From Felis catus (Eukaryota): a DNA stretch of 64,000 nt. The translations under genes were made by a program, and so were the position numbers. The stretch is taken from NCBI RefSeq assembly GCF_018350175.1, contig NC_058368.1:128218001-128282000 (forward strand), written 5' to 3'. The notes under the pieces were generated by a model. It was not told where the DNA came from, did not search any database, and saw nothing but the letters and a program-made list of their open reading frames with translations. Shown here one piece after another: positions 14,321 to 27,079 of this stretch. Numbering within the stretch: the stretch's first letter is position 1; each line of letters opens with the position of its first letter.

Positions 14321-15184
14321 GGAATTCACCCCAAAAGAAAGAGCAGGAAGAAACGACAGCAGGGACTTAACCAACACAGATACAAGCAAAATGTCTGAAG
14401 CAGATTTTAGAATCATGAAAATAAGAATAATAGCTGGAGTCAAAAATATATTAGAATCCCTTTCTGTGGAGATATAAGAAGTAAAATTTAGTCAGGATGA
14501 AATAAAAAATGCTATAACTGAGCTGCAATCTCGAATAAATGCCATGGCGGCAAGAATGGATGAGGCAGAACAGTGAATGAACAATATAAAGGACAAATTT
14601 ATGGAGAATAATGAAGTAGAAAAAAAGAGAGAGACTAAGGCAAAAGAGCACAATTTAAGAATTAGAGAAACCAGTGACTCATTAAAAAGGAACAACATCA
14701 GAATCATAGGGGTCCCAGGAAATGAAGAGAGAGAAAAAGGGGTAGAAGGGTTATGTGAGCAAATCATACTGGAAAACTTTCCTAACCTGGGAAAGACAGA
14801 CATCAAAATCCAGGAAGCACACAGGACTCCCATGAGATTCCACAAAAACCGACCATCAACAAGGCACATCATAGTCAAATTCACAAAAAACTCAGGCAAG
14901 GAAAGAATCATGAAAGCAGCAAGGGAAAAAAGTCCTTAACCTACAAGGGAAGACAGATCAGGTTTGCAGCAGACCTATCCGCAGAAACTTGGCCATCCAG
15001 AAAGGAGTGGCAGGATATATTCAATGTTCTGAATAGGAGAAATATGCAGCCAAGAATTCTTTATCCAGGAAGGCTGTCATTTAAAATAGAAAGAGAGAGT
15101 AAAAGTTTCCCAAACAAACAAAAATTAAAGGAGTTTGTGACCACTAAAACAGCCCTGCAAGAAATTTTAAAAGGAACTCTCTGA
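14321..15184 (+). pseudogene. L1 ORF1p remnant (start codon region missing, stops and frameshifts)
   Basis: ORF 14577-14939 contains DSLKRNNIRIIGVP…ENFPNL…RHIIVKF, typical of L1 ORF1p. An in-frame TGA lies at 14574-14576, and a T-rich UTR abuts GGAATTCACCCCAAAAG with no ATG. Confidence 0.9.
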
Positions 15185-15276
15185 GGGGAAAGAAGATGAA
15201 AAAAATAAAGACTAAAAACAACAAAGACTAGAAAGGACCAGAGAACACCACCAGACACTCCAACTCTACAAGAAAC

Positions 15277-18200
15277 ATAACAGCAATAAATTCTTGTCTT
15301 TCAGTACTCTAAACATCAATGGACTTAATGCTCCAATCAAAAGACATAGGGTAACAGAATGGATAAAAAAACAAGATCCATCTATATGCTGTTTACAAGA
15401 GACCCAGTTTAGACCTAAAGACACCTTCAGATTGAAAATAAGGGGATGGAGAACCATCTATCATGCTAATGGCCGACGAAAGAAAGCCATGTTTATATCA
15501 CTCAATCTAGACTTTAAAATAAAGATTGTAACAAGGGATGAAGAAGGGCATTATATCATAATTAAGGGGTCTATCCACCAAGAAGACCTAACAATTGTAA
15601 ACACTTATGCTCCAAATATGAGAGCACCCAAATATATAAATCAATTAATCACAAACATAAAGACACTCATTGATAATAATACCATTATAGTAGGGGACTT
15701 CAACACCCTCCTTCAGCAATGGAAAGATCATCTAAACACAAAATCAACAAGGAAACAATGGCTTTGAATGACACACTGGTCCAGATGGACTTAACAGATA
15801 TATTCAGAACATTTCATCCTAAAGCAACAGAATATACATTCTTCTCCAGTGCACATGGAGTGTTCAACAGAATAGACCACATATTGGGACACAAATCAGC
15901 CCTCAACAAGTACAAAAAGATCGAGATCATACCATGCATATTTTCAGACCACAATGCTAGGAAACTCGAAAACAACCACAAGAAAAAAATTGGAAAAGTA
16001 ACAAATACTTGGAGACTAAAGAACATCCTACTAAAGAATGAATGGCATAACCAAGAAGTCAAAGAGGAAATTAAAAAGTACATGGGAACCAATGAAAATA
16101 ATAACTCCACAGCCCCAAACCTCTGGGATGCAGCAAAGGTGGTCATAAGAGGGAGTATATAGCAATCCAGGCCTTCCTAAAGAAGGAAGAAAGGTCTCAG
16201 GTACACAACCTAACCTAACACCTTAAAGAACTGGAAAAAGAACAGCAAGTAAAACCCAAAACCAGAAGAAGACACAAAATAATAAAGATTAGAGCAGAAA
16301 TCAATGCTATCGAAACCAAAAAAACCTAACAGATCAATGAAACCAGAAGCTGGTTCTTTGAAAGAATTAACAAAATTGATAAACCACTAGCCAGTTTGAT
16401 CAAAAAGGAAAAGGAAAGGACCCAAATAAAACCAAGAATGAAAGAGGAGAGATCACAACCAACACAGCAGAAATAAAAACAATAATGAGAGAATATTATG
16501 AACAATTATGCCAATAAAAATGGGTAATCTGGAAGGAATGGACAAATTCCTAGAAACATATACACTACCAAAACTGAAACAGGAAGAAATAGAAAATTTG
16601 AACAGACCTATAACCAGTAAAGAAGTTGAGTTAGTAATCAATCTCCCAAAAAACAAGAGTCCAGGGCCAGATGGCTTTCCAGGGGGAATTCTACCAAACA
16701 TTTAAGGAAGACTTAACACCTGTTCTTTTGAAGCTGTTCCAAAAAATACAAATGGAAGGAAAATTTCCAAACTCATCCTATGAAGCCAGCATTACTTTGA
16801 TTCCAAACCAGAGAGACCCCACTAAAAAGGAGAACTATAGACCAATTTCCCTGATGAATATGGATGCAAAAATCCTCAACAAGGTATTAGCCAACTGGAT
16901 CCAACAACACATTAAAAAAATTATTCACCAGGACCAAGCAAGATTTATACCTGGGATGCAGGGCTGGTTCAATATCCACAAAACAATTAACATGATACAT
17001 CACATCAATAAAAGAAAGGACAAGAACCATATTATCCTCTCAATTGATGCAGAAAAAGCTTTTGACGAAATACAGCATCCTTTCTTGATAAAAACCCTCA
17101 AGAAAGTAGGGATAGAAGGAGCATACCGCGAGATCATAAAAGCCATATATGAACGACCCAATGCTAATATCATCCTCAATGGGGACAAACTGACAGCTTT
17201 CTCCCTAAGGTCAGGGACAAGATAGGGATGTCCACTCTCGCCACTGTTATTCAACATAGTATTGGAAGTCTTAGCCTCAGCAATCAGACAACACAAAGAA
17301 ATAAAAGGCATCCAAATTGGTCAGGAGGAGGTCAAACATTGATTATCTGCAGATGACATGATATTCTATATGAAAAACTCAAATGATTCCACCAAGAAAC
17401 TGCTAGAACTGATCCATGAATTCAGCAAAGTGGCAGGATATAAAATCAATGCACAGAGGTCGGTTGCATTCTTATACACCAACAATGAAGCGACAGAAAG
17501 AGAAATCAAGGAATTGATCCCATTTACAATTGCACCAAAACCCATACGATACTTAAGAATAGATCTAACCAAAGAGGTGAAAAATCTACACAGTGAAAAC
17601 TATAGAAAGCTTTTGAAAGAAATTGAAGAAGACACAAAGAAATGGAAAATGATTCCATGCTCCTGGATAGGAAGAACAGATATTGTTATAATGTCTATAC
17701 TACCCAAAGCAATCTACATATTCAACACAATCCCTATCAAAGTAACACCTGCATTCTTCATGGAGCTAGAACAAATAATCCTAAAATTTGTATGGAACCA
17801 GTAAAGACCCTGAATGACCAAAGCGATCTTGAAAAAGAAAATCAAAGCAGAAGGCATCACAATCCCAGACTTCAAGCTATACCACCATCAAGACAGTATG
17901 GTACTGGCACAAGAACAGACACTCAGCTCAATGGGACAGAATAGAGAACCCAGAAATGGACCCACAAACCTGTGGCCAACTAATCTTTGACAAAGCAGGA
18001 AAGAATATCCAATGGAAGAAAGACAGTCTCTTCAGCAAATGGTGCTGGGAAAAGTGGACAGTGACATGTAGAAAAATGAACCTGGACCACTTTCTCACAC
18101 CACACACAAAAATAAACTCAAAATGGATGAAAGACTTCAATGTAAGACAGGAAGCCATCAAAATCCTCCAAGAGAAAGCAAGCAAAAACCTCTTTGATCT

Positions 18201-18916
18201 TGGCCTCAGCAACTTCTTACTCAACACGTCTCCAGAGGCAAAGGAAACCAAAGTGAAAATGAATGACTGGGACCTCATCAAAATAAAAAGCTCCTGCACA
18301 GCGAAGGAAACAATCAGCAAAACTAACAGGCAACCGACAGAATGGGAGAAGATATTTGCAAATGACACAGGAGATAAAGGGCTAGTATCCAAAATCTGTA
18401 AAGAACTTATCAAACTCAACACCCAAAAAACAAATAATCCAGTGAAGAAATGGACAAAAGACATGAATAGACACTTCTCCAAAGAAGACATCCAGATGGC
18501 CAAGCAACACACGAAAAAATGCTCAACATCACTCATCATCAGGGAAATACAAATGGAAACCACAATGCGATACCACCTCACACATGTCAGAATGGCTAAC
18601 ATTAACAACTCAGGCAACAACAGATGTTGGCGAGGATGCGGAGAAAGAGGATCTCTTTTGCACTGCTGGTGGGAATGCAAACTGGCACAGTCACTCTGGA
18701 AAACAGTATGGAGGTTCCTCAGAAAATTAAAAATAGAACTACCCTACGACACAACAATTGCACTACTAGGCATTTATCCAAGGGATACAGGTGTGCTGTT
18801 TCAAAGAGGCACATGCACCCCCATGTTTATAGCAGCATTATCAACAATAGCCAAAGTATGGAAAGAGCCCAAATGTCCATCGATGGATGAATGGAGAAAG
18901 ATGTGGTGTGTGTGTA

Positions 18917-18978
<62 letters not shown>

Positions 18979-19152
18979 GAGTATTACTCAGCAATCAAAA
19001 AGAATGACATCTTGCCACTTACAACTACGTGGATGGAACTAGAAGGTATTATGCTAAGCAAAATTAATCAGAAAAAGACAAATATCATATGCTTCACTTA
19101 TAGGAGGATTTTAAGACACAGAACAGATGAACCTAAGGGAAGGGAAGCATAA
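15277..19152 (+). pseudogene. L1 ORF2p remnant (endonuclease, reverse transcriptase, C-terminal domain), multiply frameshifted
   Basis: EN motifs TLNINGLN, CCLQET, VGDFNT and SDHN are present, as are RT motifs NYRPISLMN and SIDAEKAFD. The catalytic motif reads SADD (17346-17357) instead of FADD, and there is a stop at 17223-17225. The C-terminus contains [18 protein letters not shown]. Confidence 0.95.
18906..18973. repeat. (TG)n-TAAT-(AC)n microsatellite inside L1 ORF2
   Basis: Direct inspection. Confidence 0.95.
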
Positions 19153-19789
19153 GGGAGGGGGATGGAACATAACAGACTCTTAAATATGGAGAACAGAGGG
19201 CTGCTGGAGGGGTTGTGGGAGGGGGATGGGCTAAATGGGTGAGGGGCATGAAGGAATCTACTCCTGAAGTCATTGTTGCACTATATGCTAACTAACTTTG
19301 ATGTAAATTGTAAAAAAAATAATAATAAAAGCAAAAAATCTTAAACATTATTTTTTTTTCTGTGTACCCCAACACAGAAATTTGATATCCAGGTTCTAAG
19401 TCAGGAGCAACTTGGCGAGATTCAGGTCACCCAAGGCAGCCTCTCTCTCTTCATCTCACTCACTCACTGGCTTGATCTTACTTTACACCCGTTATCAGTT
19501 AACAATGGTCTTATGTTCAATATCTGACATTGTGACATCCTCCTCTCTAGCTACCACCTCAAACTTTACCACATCTCTTACTGTCTGCCTCCTATGAAAT
19601 TTATGTCCCTCATTGTTCTCTCCTGGTGATTCTGCTCTTTGTTTTTCTCCCAGGCTTCTTAAACAGGATTCACAGTCCCACTGCCATCCCAGTATAAGGC
19701 CTAGTCATGGAAAAACATGGCGAATATTTTTTAGCTGCTTATTTTAATAAATAGTTTAATACTCAAATGTAGATCCACAATGGATTTTT

Positions 19790-19983
19790 TAATATATTTT
19801 TTAAAGTTTATTTGAGAGACAGCACAAATTGGAGAGGGGTAGAGTGACATGAAGAGAGAGAGAATCCCAAGCCGGCTCCACACTATCAGCATAAAGCCAC
19901 AGCAGGGCTTGAACCCACAAACTGTGTGATCACGACCTGAGCTGAAGTCAAATATTTAAGTGACTGAGCTACCCAGGTGCCCC
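19790..19983 (-). mobile_element. Can-SINE
   Basis: Ends …GACTGAGCTACCCAGGTGCCCC on the plus strand; T-rich tail at left. Confidence 0.9.
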
Positions 19984-20259
19984 AGAATTTTTAGTATTCT
20001 AAAGATAACACCAAGACTTTAGAATTTTCAAATTTCAGGTAGGCTACCTTGAGCTAGGTCCCCAAGCCTCAGAGATAAGCTTTCCTTCCTGTCATTATGG
20101 GTATTTCACTGGAAATGTCTGGGAAGTGTTAACCTAGCAGAAGAGCAGAAGGCCTCCTCTTCCTTCACGGGCTGTGGTCAACCATTTCCAATGAAATTCT
20201 CTCTGACCTCTGAGATTCCCTAGTACTCTGTGACTTCCATTAAAACTGTTGCTCAGACT

Positions 20260-20451
20260 GGGGCGCCTGGGTGGCTCAAGTCGATTAAGCATCTGACTTT
20301 AGCTCAGGTCATGGTATCATGGTTCTATGCTGACAGCTCAGAGCCTGAAACCTGGTTAGGATTCTGTGTCTCCCTCTCTCTGCCCCTCCTCCACTCATGC
20401 TCTGTCTCTCTCTCAAAACCAAACATTAAAAAAATTAAAAAAAAAAAAAAA
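20260..20451 (+). mobile_element. Can-SINE with internal deletion
   Basis: GGGGCGCCTGGGTGGCTC head; TSD AAAACT(G/A)TTGCTCAGACTG. Confidence 0.93.
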
Positions 20452-21559
20452 ACTATTGCTCAGACTGACCCAATTCATCTCTTCTTAGTCAATTCCAGGG
20501 TGTCATAGACAAAGTCCCAGAACAATGCCCTAAAGAACCACACCGCTCACCTACTCCTAAGTGCTGGCTATTACAAAAGAATCTCCTTTACCTCATTGTA
20601 AATCCTTTCTCCAAACCTTTCATACTCTCAAATATGCTTCTGACTTCCAACAAATAGCTTCAGTGCCTGCTGCGTGAAATTGTTTCAACTTCCCCAATTC
20701 CACATTACATGTCATAGGTCATCACACATGGTTTTCTCTGAGCTGAGAGCAGTGTTCCTGCAGCCACGCTCCTGACTCCATCCCTGGCAGCCTGCTCTCT
20801 CCCCTCCCCACTGTTTCCTGCATCTTCAACCTCTCCCTTTCCCCTCTTACATGACAAAGACAATTGCCTCTGTTGGAAAGAGATCTCCCAAAGTTCTCCT
20901 CCCTTTTACTGCCAAACTACTTGAAAGAATTGTTAACTTTCCCAGAATCCATTTCCTCTTCCTGTTTTCTTCTTGGGCCCAGAAAACAGGTTTCTGCCCT
21001 CAGTCAATACAACAGTGAGTTCTCAGTAAGGCCACAAAGGCCCCACCCAGATCTCTGTTCTGAATTTATCCTTAGACTCCCAAGCATTGGGCAAGTCCTC
21101 CTAACCTCTCTTAGTGCCTCCTTTCCTTCACACCACACCCTCCTGCTCTGCGTTTTACCTGTGGCTGGCTGACCCGCTCTCTCTCACAGCTCCAACCTCC
21201 AGTCCTTTCTTCCACACTTTTTCTTAGCAACTGTATCCATCACATGCCCCCAGCAATCACGTCTGTGAGAGGATTTCCAGCTCAGAACATCCACCACAAC
21301 CTAACACTGACGCACTAGCCCATTCCAAGTGCCTAATGGGTATGCTCATACAGAGAGCCTGAAGATAGTCTGGTATATATAACAAGGCGAGTTCTCTATA
21401 CCAACAATTATTGGGCCTTGGATAAACAGAGTAGCAGGAGTCCCAGTTAATAATAATGGTATTTACCTCATGGATTTACTAGTGAGGATTCAGTAGCATA
21501 AATGTAAAAAATCCAATTCATTATATTGATTCAACAAATGTATATGGCACTACATGTCA

Positions 21560-21745
21560 GGCAAGCTTGTAACACAGCGCTTTACAAATTATAACTCGTT
21601 TAACCTCACAAGGACTCTGTGAATCAAGTACAATTATTATCTCCATTTCACAGAGGAGAAAACTGAGGCACACTCAACTAAGGTAACTTCCCCAGGTCAC
21701 CCAACTATTAAGTATCCTAGACAATCCAACTCCAAAGTTCATATT
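21560..21745 (-). mobile_element. MIR, interrupted at its end by a Can-SINE
   Basis: MIR core ATTATCTCCATTTCACAGAGGAGAAAACTGAGGCAC…AACTTCCCCAGGTCAC. Confidence 0.75.
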
Positions 21746-21746
21746 C

Positions 21747-21952
21747 TTTTTTTTTTTTTTAGTTTATTTCTAAGAGAGAGACAAAGAGAGGGACCAGGGG
21801 AGGATCAGAGAGAGAAGGAGAGAGAGAATACCAAGCAGGTTCTGCGATGTTCTGAGCCCAACATGGGGCTTGAACCCATGATATCCCATGAGATCAAGAC
21901 CTGAGCTGAAACCAAGTCAGATGCTTAACGAAGTGAGCCACCCAGGTGCCCC
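21747..21952 (-). mobile_element. Can-SINE
   Basis: Poly-T…GAGCCACCCAGGTGCCCC; TSD AAGTTCATAT(T/C)CT. Confidence 0.93.
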
Positions 21953-22309
21953 TGAAGTTCATATCCTCAACTACTACACAAAGCTGCCTCTCATTACCCT
22001 GCCTTTCTTCCTTTTAATGCACTATACAAATCCAATGATCAGGATTAAATCCAAAACCCAGAACATAAGATCACCTTGCACTTTAAATCTCTTTCTGGAG
22101 CTCCTTGCTGGATAACGACACCCACCCTAAAAAACTGCAACCTCATAGTCAGCTTTATTTCCTCTCTCACTCCTAGAGCCCACGCTTGCCAAATCCTACT
22201 GTGCCCACCTCTGAAATGGTGGTCCTGTTCCCACTTCCAGAGCTTCAGGCCCAGCCTATTTTACTGCCACCTACATCACTTGTTTATAACAAAGAAAGAA
22301 AGAAACCTT

Positions 22310-22635
22310 CCTATACAATATTGGGACAAATGAAATGTGAATAAAACCTGCAACCAGTTAATAGTTGTGTATCAATATAAATGTCCTGATTTCAGTAATT
22401 ACACTGAAGTTACATAAATGAAAATCATTATTTTTAGGGAAGACTAAAAAATATTTTGGGAGTAAAGAGGTAGGACGTGGGCAAATTTCAAACGGTTTTC
22501 AGAAAAAAACTCTTAGTAATATGTGTATGCTAGAGAATGAGAGAATGATAAAGCAAATGCAGCAAAATTTCAACAGCTGATAAATCTGGATGAAGGATAT
22601 TCTGAAGCCCTTTAACTATTCTCATAACTTCCCTC
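22310..22635 (+). mobile_element. Old L1 (L1MC-like) 3'UTR fragment
   Basis: TTGTGTATCAATATAAATGTCCTGATTT…ATGATAAAGCAAATG…AATCTGGATGAAGG…ACTATTCTCATAACTT. Confidence 0.55.
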
Positions 22636-22641
22636 TACCCA

Positions 22642-22845
22642 GGGGGATGCCAGGGTGGCTTCATCCATTGAGCATCTGACTCTTGATTTCAGCTAGAGTC
22701 ATGATCCCAGGGTTGTGAGATTGAGCTCCTCATCAGGGTCCACACTGAGTATGGAACCTACGATTCTCTCTGTCCCTCTGCCCCTCCCACACTCACACAT
22801 GCTTGTGTTCTCTCTCAAGTAAAATAAAAACTAAAAATAAATAAA
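22642..22845 (+). mobile_element. Can-SINE (older)
   Basis: GGGGGATGCCAGGGTGGCT…CTGACTCTTGATTTCAGCT…A-rich tail. Confidence 0.88.
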
Positions 22846-24008
22846 ATTCCTATAGAAAAATTTATAAAAAGGAACCAGTCTCCTTGTTGCCCCTAGGACA
22901 CACAGATCTGACCACTCCCTTCTCCTACCAATCTACTCCCGAAGGCCCCACACCTAAGTGTGAAAGGCTCACCATGCACACCAGTAAAGTTCACAGGACT
23001 CAGCAGGCATACAGTGTGACCCATAACCTCCTCCTGGTTCTATCTAATGGTCCAGCACCCATCCTAATCGCCTCCTCCCCAGTGTTCAGGTTCTCTGTGC
23101 CCCTTGACCCCACCCTTCCCCAGCCCTGGCATTCTCCTGCTTCCAGGCCTGTGAAGAAGCTGTCTGCTTTGCCTGGACTACAGCCCCCTTTCTTCCTAAA
23201 GACAAACATCAAAGCCCTATCCTACTTCCCACAAAGCTAAATTTGAAAACTGTCTCTTTCAAAATGGCTTCCTAGATCCAGCGATCTGGAATAGGTTCAC
23301 CTGACCCTGCCCTCCCAAAGCAGGTGTTTATCTCGGTGTATAGCTTACCTCTCCTCAGACTTGCAGAAGAAATCTTATCTATGTCTTTTACCCAGGAGAT
23401 TAGGACTTTGCAGAGGCTGATAATAACATAGTTTTCCATCTTTATACCCCACCCCCTCATACATAGTTTTGCAGAAATTATGCATTTTAGGATTCAAAAA
23501 ATGTGTGCAGCCAGGGTCAGTTGGGGATCTGGGGTAGCACATATGAGTGGAGGAGTGGAAGACAGCAGTTCTGGCAGTGAGTACTGAACATGTCGAGTTT
23601 GTTCAGACATGTCCCCACTCTCCACTGCTCCCACCTCTGGAGTCAAGGCCCTCCTGTGCTAACACCCTCCCCAGGCTCATTTTCACTGTAACAACCTTCC
23701 TTTAGGAAACTCCTCCTGCCCCTTTCAGGAGCCCATTTTTATGGTCAGTTTGGTCTGTAGCCCCCTTGCCCCATCACAGGGGCCCCTTAGCATACACTGC
23801 CCAGCACTGGCCACCCCCATGTGACTGCTACCATCAAAGAAAGAGTGTGTGTGCAGCTTTCTCTGATGCATGGTATGGCTTCACCCAGGATCCCAAGTGT
23901 ATGAACAACTGCTTTCAGAAATTTGCCTTTTAAAGAAGAAAAATCAAGCCTTTTGAGAAAACTTACCTTGAAAAACTATTATTTAACTCCTTAAGAAATT
24001 CTAGGCAA

Positions 24009-24195
24009 GGGGTGCCTGGGTGGCTCAGTTGGTTAAACACCTGACTCTTGACTTTGGCTCAGGTCATGATCTCATGGTTTGTGAGATTAAGCCCTGTGTC
24101 GGGCTCCACGACGGAAGCATGGAGCCACTTGGGATTGATTCTATGTCTCCCTCTCTCTCTGCTCTCCCCCACTTAAAAATAAACATTTTTTTTCA
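24009..24195 (+). mobile_element. Can-SINE
   Basis: GGGGTGCCTGGGTGGCTCAGTTGGTTAAAC…AAAATAAAC. Confidence 0.92.
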
Positions 24196-25499
24196 AGTTC
24201 TAAGTAAAAACCAAAACAAGGATGTTGAAGAAGAATGGACAATGAATACCATTTGATTTTCAAGTCATCTGTCACCTCATGTCACCCTCCCTCTGCATCT
24301 TGTCCCTATCTTTCTTCTGGCGCACATAGGTCTACTCAGGAAAGGGCTCAGATCCACCTACTGTCTCTTGCTCTTACTGACAAAGACTGAGGCACAAATG
24401 AGGTTAAGAGACTTGCCAGAAGTTACAGTGCCCTCAAGAGGCTCCAAATTTGTTAGTGGGTTTATATATTCTACAACCGAAGTGTGAGATCTGGGAGTTT
24501 GGCACATAGTTATAGCCAGAGAAGTGGATGACACTCTTAAAGGAGACTAGGAGGAAAATATAAGACTCAAGTTAGAAGCTTGGGTAAGCCTGAATTCAGG
24601 ATACACCATAAGGCCCAAATATGGCCTTTCCAATAAAACTCCAGGTGATGACATCCTAAAACTTATCCTACTGTGAGGAACATGAGCACTCACCACTCTT
24701 GACTCAGACCTCAATAAAAGATCCACTCCTTTTATCTTTCATTCATTCAGCAGTACTGACTGAATGTCTAACATGTATCAGACACTATTCTAGGTGCTAA
24801 GGGCACATTAGTGTGTCCAACAAACTAAGTCCCTGTTTGCAGAGAATTTACCAAAACTAGACATTACTTCTGTAATCTTGTGGGATCTGAAAATTCAGAC
24901 TTCCTAGAGCAAATTATGTCTTTCCTATGAACTTCACTTCCCTCTTCTGTTAAATGGGAATATCAAAATCTCATTACCCACATCCCTTAGGACTGCAGTG
25001 AGAATGAAATATCATCTATAAGGTGCTCAGTAGAGAGCTTCACAAAATTCATCAGTAAGTGGGAAGATGTGATTACGATTACATACAACCCTAAAACCAG
25101 AGTCACTGTTCACTTATCCCTCAGAACTCAACCATTTGAATAATTCTTGTCACCACACCCTAAAACCAGTCATTCAGGAGACAACCCTCACGATTTTTGC
25201 TGTTTCTTCATTCAACTTTGTAGTAGACTCAATACTTTCATCCTCATCTCAAGCATTAACTTTATGTAGGACCACGGGTTTTATATGCAAGTTTTATATC
25301 TTTCCTAAGGCATGTTAAGTTGATAAGTAATCACTAAAATTTAAAAGGTCCATTCATGTGATAGAGCACCTAAAATTAACTCAGAAATCACTGGAAGTAT
25401 GCTGGGTCTACTTTGGGAAACACTTGTCCATATGCTCAACTCTGCAGAGCTGATGTCAATATCTAAATCTGGTTTATTTAAATGAAACCCATTTTGTAG

Positions 25500-26105
25500 A
25501 GCTCCAAAGTCTGCCACCCTCTCCGTCTCTACTGCTACTCTCCTAAGGCAGCCCCTCAGCCTCTCTGCCCAGCAAGGCTGTCAAGGCACCCCAGCTTCTG
25601 CCCTTGAAACTAGCACATGTCTCACCAATGGATTCCCAGGTCACTCAGAATAAATGCAAAGACCTTACTGTGCTCTACGTGTGCCAGCGTCTGTTTGTCT
25701 CCACACCACACTTCCTACCACTCTTCCCACTGTAAGCACGGTTGCTACCACATTGAATCTTGTCCAGGCTTCCTTTGTAACAAGTATTCCTGGGCTTGCA
25801 GCATTTTCCCCAGATCCTCACAGCTCACTCCCTTACTTCAGAGGCCTTCCCAGAACACCCACTCACTCCTCCATTGCAGTCTTTGTACTCACCTGGCTTT
25901 AATTTCCCCATAACACTTATCACTATCAAACATTAAATGAGGGATTCAGGCATTTGTTTGCTGTCTGCCAAGCCCCACTAGATTATAAACTACAGGAGGG
26001 CCTGCATTCTGCAAATATTGTACAACTACTCCATTAGTAATGCCTGAAATAGTGTGGAAGACATCCAACAGATATTTGTTGATTGAAGGCACGAGTGAAT
26101 GACAA
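25500..26105 (+). mobile_element. L2 3' fragment
   Basis: CCCCACTAGATTATAAACT…ATGCCTGAAATAGT…CAACAGATATTTGTTGATTGAA…GAGTGAATGA, typical of an L2 3' end. Confidence 0.6.
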
Positions 26106-26386
26106 CAGCTGGATGATGAGTATTCTTTGTAACATGTTCATTTGACGTTTCTGTAGGACTTGAAGAGTACAAAGCAAGAAATGCAAGCCTGGAGTTTAGG
26201 AAAGTCCAAAAGCAAAACCATGTGAAAGGAAGACTAAAAACACACAGATCCACCCACAAAGGTCCTCCAAATGCTACTTGAGCATTAGCCCCAAAACACA
26301 GAAATTAGTTGGAGAATACAGCTCAGGGATCGATGTGGATGGAACCAGAAAAAAAGAGTATCATTATATAAGAATCTGTGGTGCTT

Positions 26387-26603
26387 GGGGCACCTGGGTG
26401 GCTCAGTCAGTCAAGTGTCCAACTTCAGCTCAGGTTTTGATCTCACGGTTCATGAGTTAGAGCCCCACATCTGACTGTATGCTGACAAGCTCAGATCCTG
26501 GAGCCTGCTTGGGATTCTGTGTCTCCCTCTCTCTCTACCCCTCCCCTACACCCCTGCTCTGTCTCTGTCTCCCTCAAAAATAAACATTAAAAAAATTTTT
26601 TTA
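26387..26603 (+). mobile_element. Can-SINE
   Basis: GGGGCACCTGGGTGGCTCAG head; TSD AATCT(G/A)TGGTGCTT. Confidence 0.94.
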
Positions 26604-26635
26604 AAAATCTATGGTGCTTAATACGGCTTTAAAAA

Positions 26636-26750
26636 AGGGAGGGGGAAAGTGGGTGATGGGCATTGAGGAGGGCACTTGTTGGGATGAGCACTGGGTGTTG
26701 TATGGAAGCCAATTTGACAATAAATTATATTAAAATATAAAAAATAAAAA
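26636..26750 (+). mobile_element. 5'-truncated felid L1 3' end
   Basis: GGGTGATGGGCATTGAGGAGGGCACTTGTTGGGATGAGCACTGGGTGTTGTATGGAAGCCAATTTGACAATAAA plus A tail. Confidence 0.88.
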
Positions 26751-26829
26751 TGGGAGAGGGCTGTATAAGTACAATTTTTATTTTAGCCTTTAATGACAAG
26801 CTATCCCTTCATCAAGCTTTAAATATAAG

Positions 26830-26965
26830 TGGTGATGAGCACTGTGTATTATATGCAAGTGACCAATCACTAAACTCTACTCAGAAAATCATTTATTACA
26901 CTACATGTTAACTAACTTTGATTTAAATAAAAATTTAAATTTTAAAAAGCTATTATTAAAAAAAA
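26830..26965 (+). mobile_element. 5'-truncated carnivore L1 3' end (different subfamily)
   Basis: GATGAGCACTGTGTATTATATGCAAGTG…CACTAAACTCTAC…ATGTTAACTAAC…AAATAAAAA. Confidence 0.8.
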
Positions 26966-27079
26966 ATGTGATGAATAACTAGGCAGAATGGAGATAAGGA
27001 GGTATGGTTCGGCCTAGTCTGTTGAAGTGCAAATGAACAGTAAAACTGCCAAAGCAGGGGCTGCTAAAATGAGGGAAAA

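Larger units (their letters stand above)
12885..19330 (+). mobile_element. Near full-length, inactivated carnivore/felid LINE-1 (5'UTR, ORF1, ORF2, 3'UTR, A-tail)
   Basis: The 5' end GGAAGAGCCAAGAT… is followed by ORF1 and ORF2 fragments in the ORF track, a G-rich 3'UTR at 19150-19250 and an A-rich tail at ~19311-19330. Confidence 0.97.

Noticed and set aside
17928..18680. 250-aa minus-strand ORF (and 14492-14911, 15814-16146, 17000-17311)
   Set aside because: Antisense shadow frames of L1 ORF1/ORF2, a common artefact.
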